NCBI GenBank assembly: GCA_946615875.1
Contig: CAMOIK010000001.1
Coordinates: forward strand, 1 to 50,028
Direction of reading: 5' to 3'
Length of the DNA stretch: 50,028 nt
Origin: an uncultured Verrucomicrobiota bacterium
Lineage (GTDB): Bacteria > Verrucomicrobiota > Kiritimatiellia > RFP12 > UBA1067
Part shown: one piece after another, positions 44,130-50,028 of the stretch
Layout: every line of letters starts with the position of its first letter
Numbering within the stretch: the stretch's first letter is position 1
Program-made: the position numbers and the translations under genes
Notes under the pieces: generated by a model
Seen by the model: only the letters and a program-made list of their open reading frames with translations
Databases searched by the model: none
Told to the model about the DNA's origin: nothing

Positions 44130-47100
44130 ATGATACTGCTGACCGGAGAGAACGCTTTTTCACAATTCCGCCTTGACGCAATGCGCGACGCGATGCGCCG
44201 CGCCGTCCCCGAAGTGGACATCGAGGTGGATGCGCGCTGGGTTTACGCGCTCGACATGGCGGACGTCCCGTTCACGCCAGACGAGCTCCGCAGGGCCGCG
44301 ACGCTCCTCAACGCCGAATACAAGGAGTCCGACTCCGCCGCGCGCGACGACTTCGCCTTCGACGGCGACGGCGACGACGAGATGCGGGACCGCCGCTCCA
44401 ACGGCGCTCCCGGCGGCGCCAAGGCGGCCGGCGACGGCACGGCGCGGTTCTACGTGACCCCGCGCAAGGGCACGATCTCCCCGTGGTCCTCAAAGGCGAC
44501 GGACATCTTCCGCAACTGCTCCCTTTCGTCCATCCGCCGCGTCGAGCGCGGCATCCTCTTCCGCCTGACGGTGCGCGGAGCGCCGGCGGCGGACGGCAGG
44601 ATAGGCTTCGCGCGCGAACAGTCGCCCACCGCCGAGCAGGTGCTGGCTTCGCACCCGGAGATACTCGCGCCGCTCTACGACAAGATGACGGAAGGGGTCT
44701 ATCGCGACATCGGCGACCTGTTCGACGAAGGCGAGCCGAGGAAAGGGCGCACCTACGACGTGCTGGCGAAGGGCGTCGAAGCCATCCGCGAGGCCAACGA
44801 GGAGATTGGCCTGGCGATCAGCGAGCAGGAGATGGAGTATCTGGCGAAGTCGTTCGCCGCCGCCGGACGCAACCCCACCGACACGGAGCTCGTCATGTTC
44901 GGGCAGGTGAACTCCGAGCACTGCCGCCACAAGATATTCGGCGCCAAGTTCGTGATAGACGGCGAGGAGATGCCCAGCTCCCTCTTCGGCATGATCAAGA
45001 ACACTCACGCCCTCAGGCCGCAGGACACGCTTTCCGCGTACAAGGACAACTCCTCGGTCGTCAAGGGCTACAAGACCAAGGTGTTTTCGATCGATCCGCG
45101 CACCGGCGCCTACGGCTTCAAGGACGAGCAGCTGGAGCAGCTCATGAAGGTGGAGACCCACAACCACCCCACCGCCATATCTCCGTATCCGGGCGCGGCG
45201 ACGGGCGTCGGCGGCGAGATACGCGACGAAGCCGCCACGGGCACGGGTTCGCGCACCGTCGCCGGCATATGCGGCTTCATGGTCTCCAACCTCCGCATCC
45301 CCGGCTTCCCGCAGCCGTGGGAGAGGCTATACGCCGACTTCCCCTCGCGACTTGCCACGCCCCTCCAGATCATGACCGAGGGGCCGATCGGCGGCGCGGC
45401 GTTCGGCAACGAATTCGGGCGGCCTCAGCTCTGCGGCTTCTTCAGGACCTACGAGGGCGAGATCGCTGGCGAGCTGCGCGGCTACCACAAGCCAATCATG
45501 CTCGCGGGCGGGATGGGCGTGATCCGCCACAGCCAGGTGCAGAAGAAGAACGTCTCGGCCGGCGCGCTGATCGTCCAGATCGGCGGCCCAGCCATGCGCA
45601 TAGGCCTGGGCGGCGGCGCGGCGTCTTCGATGATGACCGGCACCAACTCCGAGGCGCTGGACTTCAACTCCGTGCAGCGCGGCAACGCCGAGATGCAGCG
45701 CCGCTGCCAGGGCGTGATCGACGCCTGCGCGTGGCTCGGCCCCAAGAACCCCATAATCTCCATCCACGACATCGGCGCGGGCGGGCTTTCCAACGGCTGC
45801 CCCGAGCTGGTCGAGGCCACGGGCGGGCGCTTCCAGCTGCGCGAAGTGCACAACGAGGAAAAGTCGATGAGCCCGATGGAGATCTGGTGCTGCGAAGCGC
45901 AGGAGCGCTACGTGCTCGCGCTCAGGCCCGAGGCGGGCGAGTTCTTCGAGCGCCTTTGCAAACGCGAACGCTGCCCGGTCGCGTTCATCGGCATCGCGAC
46001 GGGCGACGGCAGGCTCGTCCTGGAAGACTCCTATTTCGGCGACAAGCCCATCGACATGGACATCAAGGTGCTGCTCGGCAAGCCGCCGCGCATGGTGCGC
46101 GACGTCCGCAGGGTCAAGAAGGAGCACAAGCCGCTGAACATGAACGGCGTGAGGCCGTTCGACGCCTTCATGCGCGTGCTGCGCCTGCCGGCCGTGGCCG
46201 ACAAGACCTTCCTCGTGGCGATCACCGACCGCACGGTCACCGGCCGCGTCGCCCGCGACCAGATGGTCGGCAGATACCAGCTTCCCGCCGCGGACTGCGC
46301 CGTCGCCACGATGGGCTACGCCACCTACAACGGCCAGGCGATGGCCACGGGCGAGCGCACGCCCGTCGCAATGCTCGACGGGCCGGCCTCCGGCCGTCTG
46401 GCGGTGGCCGAGGCCATTACCAACCTCGCCGCGGCGGACGTGGGGGACATCTCCAACATACGCCTCTCCGCAAACTGGATGGCGCCGTGCGGCGACGACG
46501 GAGAGGACGCCATCCTCTACGACACGGTGGAGGAGGTCGGCATGCGCTTCTGCCCGGCGCTCGGCGTATCCATCCCCGTCGGCAAGGACTCCTGCTCCAT
46601 GCACACGGTGTGGCAGGATTCGAAGGGGGCGAAGCGCAAGCAGGTGGCTCCGCTTTCCCTCGTGGTCTCCTCGTTCGCCCCGGTGGACGACGTGCGCCTT
46701 ACGCTGACGCCCGACCTGAAGCCCGACCCGGAAGGGGAGGCCAGCTTCCTCGTTTACGTCGATGCGGGCGACGGTTCGCATCCGCTGGGCGCAACCGCGC
46801 TCGCGCAGGTCTATTCCCAGCTGGGCGACAGCCACGCCGACTGCGACGCGCAGAGGCTCAAGGATTTCTTCGCGGCCACGCAGCGCATAGTCCGCAAAGG
46901 TCTGGCCTTGGCCTATCACGACAGGTCCGACGGAGGCCTGGCGGTCACGCTCGCCGAGATGGCCGTGACTGGAGGGCGCGGCATCGTGGCCCGCCTCCCT
47001 GACGGCGACGCCCTGTGCCAACTCTTCAACGAGCAGCCCGGCGCCGTGCTGCAGGTGAGCGAGTCGAACGTCCGCAAGGTGCTGCGCCTCTACCACGCCG

Positions 47101-48206
47101 CCAACCTGGACGCGACCGTCATAGGCGCCGTCTCGCGCTCTTCGCGGACGTTCAACGTTTTCGTGGGCGAGCGCGAGTGCATCCGCACCGACATCACCAC
47201 CGTGCGCCGCGTGTGGAGCGAGACTACCTACAGGATGCAGGCGCTGCGCGACAACCCCGCGACCGCCCGCGAGGAATACGACAACGCCCTGGACGAGTTC
47301 GACCCCGGCTTGACCTTCCGTCTCACGTACGACCCGGATGAAGGGCGCGCGCCGGTCGTCGCCGACGGCGAGGCCGCCGGCGGCGGGAAGGTCGAGCAGA
47401 TGTCTCTCTTCGACGACGCCTCCGCGCAGCGGCGCAAGGCGCCGAAGGTCGCGATCCTTCGCGAGCAGGGCGTGAACGGCCACATCGAGATGGCGGCGGC
47501 TTTCGCGCTGGCGGGCTTCGAGTGCGTCGATGTCCACATGAGCGATCTCATCGCGGGACGCACCGGGCTGGGCGGTTTCTCCGGGCTTGTCGCCTGCGGC
47601 GGCTTCAGCTACGGCGACGTGCTGGGGGCGGGTTCGGGATGGGCGCGCTCCATACTCTACAACGACCGCCTGAAGGCCATGTTCGCGGAGTTCTTCGCCA
47701 GGCCGGGGACGTTCTCGCTCGGCGTGTGCAACGGTTGCCAGATGCTTTCGCAGCTCAAGGAGATAATACCGGGGGCGGAAGGCTGGCCGAAGTTCGTGCG
47801 CAACATATCCGAACAGTTCGAGGCGCGGTATTCCTGCGTGGAGATAGAGCCGTCGCCATCGATCTTCTTCAAGGGCATGGAAGGCTCGCGCCTGCCGATC
47901 GCCGTCGCGCACGGCGAAGGACGCGTATGGACGGAAGGCTGGGCGCCGTCCATCTGCGCCGCGCACTTCGTCGATGGCAGGGGCAACGCCACCACGCGCT
48001 ATCCATTCAACCCGAACGGCTCGCTCGGCGGACAGACCGCTTTCACCACGACCGACGGGCGCGCCACGATAATGATGCCGCATCCGGAGCGCGGCTTCCG
48101 CTCCTGCCAGCTCTCCTACAATCCGGGAGTGTTCAAGGGGGAGGCCGGCCCGTGGCTGCGGATGTTCCAGAACGCATACGCTTTCGCCACTGCGCGGAAA
48201 CCATAA
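44130..48206 (+). CDS. purL: phosphoribosylformylglycinamidine synthase, single-chain large form
   Basis: It is 1358 aa. It has the N-terminal [16 protein letters not shown], the FGAM synthetase core, and the C-terminal GATase with GVCNGCQM and MPHPER. A short acidic low-complexity insertion lies near residues 65-105. Confidence 0.95.
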   Translation: MILLTGENAFSQFRLDAMRDAMRRAVPEVDIEVDARWVYALDMADVPFTPDELRRAATLLNAEYKESDSAARDDFAFDGDGDDEMRDRRSNGAPGGAKAAGDGTARFYVTPRKGTISPWSSKATDIFRNCSLSSIRRVERGILFRLTVRGAPAADGRIGFAREQSPTAEQVLASHPEILAPLYDKMTEGVYRDIGDLFDEGEPRKGRTYDVLAKGVEAIREANEEIGLAISEQEMEYLAKSFAAAGRNPTDTELVMFGQVNSEHCRHKIFGAKFVIDGEEMPSSLFGMIKNTHALRPQDTLSAYKDNSSVVKGYKTKVFSIDPRTGAYGFKDEQLEQLMKVETHNHPTAISPYPGAATGVGGEIRDEAATGTGSRTVAGICGFMVSNLRIPGFPQPWERLYADFPSRLATPLQIMTEGPIGGAAFGNEFGRPQLCGFFRTYEGEIAGELRGYHKPIMLAGGMGVIRHSQVQKKNVSAGALIVQIGGPAMRIGLGGGAASSMMTGTNSEALDFNSVQRGNAEMQRRCQGVIDACAWLGPKNPIISIHDIGAGGLSNGCPELVEATGGRFQLREVHNEEKSMSPMEIWCCEAQERYVLALRPEAGEFFERLCKRERCPVAFIGIATGDGRLVLEDSYFGDKPIDMDIKVLLGKPPRMVRDVRRVKKEHKPLNMNGVRPFDAFMRVLRLPAVADKTFLVAITDRTVTGRVARDQMVGRYQLPAADCAVATMGYATYNGQAMATGERTPVAMLDGPASGRLAVAEAITNLAAADVGDISNIRLSANWMAPCGDDGEDAILYDTVEEVGMRFCPALGVSIPVGKDSCSMHTVWQDSKGAKRKQVAPLSLVVSSFAPVDDVRLTLTPDLKPDPEGEASFLVYVDAGDGSHPLGATALAQVYSQLGDSHADCDAQRLKDFFAATQRIVRKGLALAYHDRSDGGLAVTLAEMAVTGGRGIVARLPDGDALCQLFNEQPGAVLQVSESNVRKVLRLYHAANLDATVIGAVSRSSRTFNVFVGERECIRTDITTVRRVWSETTYRMQALRDNPATAREEYDNALDEFDPGLTFRLTYDPDEGRAPVVADGEAAGGGKVEQMSLFDDASAQRRKAPKVAILREQGVNGHIEMAAAFALAGFECVDVHMSDLIAGRTGLGGFSGLVACGGFSYGDVLGAGSGWARSILYNDRLKAMFAEFFARPGTFSLGVCNGCQMLSQLKEIIPGAEGWPKFVRNISEQFEARYSCVEIEPSPSIFFKGMEGSRLPIAVAHGEGRVWTEGWAPSICAAHFVDGRGNATTRYPFNPNGSLGGQTAFTTTDGRATIMMPHPERGFRSCQLSYNPGVFKGEAGPWLRMFQNAYAFATARKP

Positions 48207-48245
48207 ACTCCATAAACCGAAAAACAAGTGAAAGGAATGATGACC

Positions 48246-49712
48246 ATGAGCAGACTGATGATGGCGTGTGTGTCCGCGCTTTGCCTGTCGTCCGGCGCGA
48301 CTGCGATCGCGCAGACGACCGGGGACTATCCCTCCGAGAGGCAATACCAGATGGTGGACGGAATAAGGTGGTCCTACGTCGTCGATGGCGGATCGGCCAC
48401 GGTGTTCGGTTCTTCCTGGCTGGAATACGACGACGAGGAAGGCCAGGACACCATGGAATACGAGCCTGCGATACCCGCAAACACCCGCGGCGCGATAGCG
48501 GTGCCCTCTGTGCTCGGCGGATACGGTGTGACTGCCATCGGCGACGGTGCGTTCACGGAATGCGAGTATCTGACGTCGGTGACGGTGCCGTCCGGCGTGA
48601 CGCGCATCGGCGAGGATGCGTTTTCCGACTGCGAGCGCCTGACTTCCGTCTCGCTGCCGGAGGGCGTCGTCGAGATTGGCGGCGATGCGTTTGACGGGTG
48701 CGAGTCGCTTTCGTCAATTTCAATCCCAGGCACTGTGACAAGCATCGGCCGCAATGCGTTCGCCGACTGCGGGAATTTGCGCTCCATCTACATCCCGCCG
48801 AGCGTGAAGACGATCGGCTACCACGCATTCGCCCGCTGCACGAAGCTCTCCAGCATAAAGGTGCCGGCGGCGCTTGCCTCGGCAGTCGAAAGCGCGGACG
48901 CGTTCTACCGCTGCCGCGCCAGCATCGAATACTACGGCGGCTCCTCTTCGCCAAGTGCGCCGACGTCCAGCTATAAAAAGGCGCAGACGCTGACCGGCGT
49001 GGCGTGGCTCGACGACGGGCCGGCCGTTCTGTCGATCAAGGTGGGCAAGATGAACAAGAAAGGCTACGTCTCCGTCGGCGGCTATGCAATGGGCGTGAAC
49101 GGCAAGAAGCTCTCCGTGAAATCCGCCAAGCTCAAGGTGGACGAGGATGGACAGCTGCAAGGCTCGTTGATGGCAAGGGACGGCTCGTCGATCGACATCG
49201 TCATCGACGGAGACGAGATGCATGGCGTCTGGAAAGGCGGGGAGTTCAGCAGCGGCGGCGACACGGTCGGCGGGCTCTTCGAAAACGATAGGTCGCTCAC
49301 GTTCTACTTCGAAAACGACCTCGAAGAGGAGGATTTGCCCGACGGAACGATCATGTCTCTCCTGCCGGAAGGCGAGGATGTCTATGTGAAAAACGGAAAG
49401 CCTGCGACGTACAAGGCTGCGAGCGTCAAGTGGGCCAGGCCGAAACCAGACATGGCGCTGGAAATCTACGACGAGACGTCGGGCAAGGGACTTGTCGTGG
49501 ACACGTCGAAGGACAGGACGAACCTTTCCGCCTTGAAGTTCACCTACGCGCCAAAGACGGGCCTTCTCAAGGGAAGCTTCAAGATCTATGCGATACAGAA
49601 TGGAAAGCTGAAAAAGCTCACGTCCAAGATCGCCGGAATCGTGGTGAACGGCACTGGGTTCGGATTTGCCACGATTGCGGGGAGATCCTCTCAGCCGGTT
49701 CAGCTTGATTGA
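48246..49712 (+). CDS. secreted leucine-rich-repeat (BspA-like LRR) protein with a beta-rich C-terminal domain
   Basis: The signal peptide is MSRLMMACVSALCLSSGATAIAQ. About six ~23-aa LRRs have the form L-x-S-V-x-I/L-P-x-x-V-x-x-IG-x-x-AF-x-x-C. The start is uncertain: GTG 48228, ATG 48237/48240 or ATG 48246. Confidence 0.75.
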   Translation: MSRLMMACVSALCLSSGATAIAQTTGDYPSERQYQMVDGIRWSYVVDGGSATVFGSSWLEYDDEEGQDTMEYEPAIPANTRGAIAVPSVLGGYGVTAIGDGAFTECEYLTSVTVPSGVTRIGEDAFSDCERLTSVSLPEGVVEIGGDAFDGCESLSSISIPGTVTSIGRNAFADCGNLRSIYIPPSVKTIGYHAFARCTKLSSIKVPAALASAVESADAFYRCRASIEYYGGSSSPSAPTSSYKKAQTLTGVAWLDDGPAVLSIKVGKMNKKGYVSVGGYAMGVNGKKLSVKSAKLKVDEDGQLQGSLMARDGSSIDIVIDGDEMHGVWKGGEFSSGGDTVGGLFENDRSLTFYFENDLEEEDLPDGTIMSLLPEGEDVYVKNGKPATYKAASVKWARPKPDMALEIYDETSGKGLVVDTSKDRTNLSALKFTYAPKTGLLKGSFKIYAIQNGKLKKLTSKIAGIVVNGTGFGFATIAGRSSQPVQLD

Positions 49713-49768
49713 GCCTTGCCTGCAATCCATAAAACGCGGCAGAGCGGCCGAAAGCCGCAGCCCGACCG

Positions 49769-49800
49769 CAGATCCCCGCGCCTTTGCGGGGATCTGTTCT
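49769..49800 (+). terminator. rho-independent terminator
   Basis: CAGATCCCCGC (49769-49779) and GCGGGGATCTG (49786-49796) form a perfect 11-bp stem with a 6-nt loop. TTCTAATTT follows it. It lies 57 nt after the LRR gene stop. Confidence 0.7.
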
Positions 49801-49866
49801 AATTTGCCACTAATTCGCCAAAAAGCGAAAATGCCCTGGAGTTTACCCATTTTTTTGAGCGTGGAA

Positions 49867-50028
49867 ATGCGCCGCACCCGCATGGATAAAGGCAGAAGTG
49901 CGTTTCGGGATGTGGTTTTCGGCGTTTCGCGTCCGAAACGGCTATCCGTCGTCGGTGTCGAAGAGTTCTGCGAAGCCCGGCAGGAGCTGGATCGCCGGGA
50001 CCTCTGGAGCTTTGGTGCTGGTCTAAAA
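49867..50028 (+). CDS. possible 5' end of an unidentified gene running off the window
   Basis: The frame is open from the stop at 49855-49857 to the window end. Candidate starts are GTG 49861, ATG 49867 and ATG 49882. The translation MRRTRMDKGRSAFRDVVFGVSRPKRLSVVGVEEFCEARQELDRRDLWSFGAGLK matches no recognised family. Confidence 0.25.
   Translation, partial: MRRTRMDKGRSAFRDVVFGVSRPKRLSVVGVEEFCEARQELDRRDLWSFGAGLK

Noticed and set aside
45327-48344. Very long antisense or alternative-frame ORFs. Examples are 45327..48344(-) of 1005 aa opposite purL, 19364..21682(-) opposite waaA, 41008..43122(-) opposite uvrB, 11771..14062(-) opposite pheA/leuA, and 44483..47002(+) in another purL frame.
   Set aside because: Their translations are Arg/Ala/Gly/Pro-rich low-complexity strings with no recognisable motifs. 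Each fully overlaps a gene with strong family signatures. Long open frames on the opposite strand are expected in DNA of about 65% GC.
49942-50028. An apparent 3' end of a minus-strand gene (…FAELFDTDDG stop at 49942-49944).
   Set aside because: That frame contains an in-frame stop at its second codon inside the window and no start codon, so it is not a gene end. A plus-strand open frame to the window edge is the more likely coding reading, and it is reported at low confidence.

Overview
This is a GC-rich (roughly 65% by eye) chromosomal segment from a diderm, LPS-making bacterium. The lineage is not determinable here; a PVC/Lentisphaerota-like organism is only a guess. I support about 47 tightly packed protein genes, and many have overlapping stop and start codons. 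Most are housekeeping. They cover purine synthesis (purF 3' part, purL, guaA), His/Phe/Leu synthesis (hisD, pheA, leuA, leuC), folate and riboflavin (folK, ribD, ribE, nusB), and tRNA modification (a trmD-tadA fusion, mnmA). They also cover phospholipid synthesis (pssA, psd) and LPS synthesis (an lpxL-family gene, a waaA fusion), plus uvrB, coaD, nadE, infC, parB, an ECF sigma/anti-sigma pair and a vapBC-like module. I found no rRNA, tRNA, CRISPR array, transposase or integrase. Many long ORFs in the six-frame track are antisense or alternative-frame artefacts of high GC. The unusual signals are mostly non-coding. (1) A near-invariant ~20-nt extended -10 box (GAAAATATGGTATAATATGCG) heads almost every transcription unit, and in five cases it sits so close to the ATG that the mRNA should be leaderless. 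(2) Two iteron-like arrays of seven 22-23-bp AT-core repeats lie in inverted orientation 20 kb apart (18541-18699 and 38675-38827). (3) Two further phased repeat sets lie upstream of hisD and between folK and yraN. (4) A Phe/Leu-rich mini-ORF plus hairpin lies ahead of pheA-leuA-leuC. The coding oddities are a TrmD-TadA fusion, a WaaA fused to a ~390-aa TM/TPR-like module inside a translationally coupled acyltransferase/lipoprotein/KAS/dehydratase operon, and a vapB-vapC-DUF445 tricistron. There is also a NadE lacking its glutaminase domain, and infC appears to start at ATC. All functional calls come from motif recognition by eye; no database search was run.
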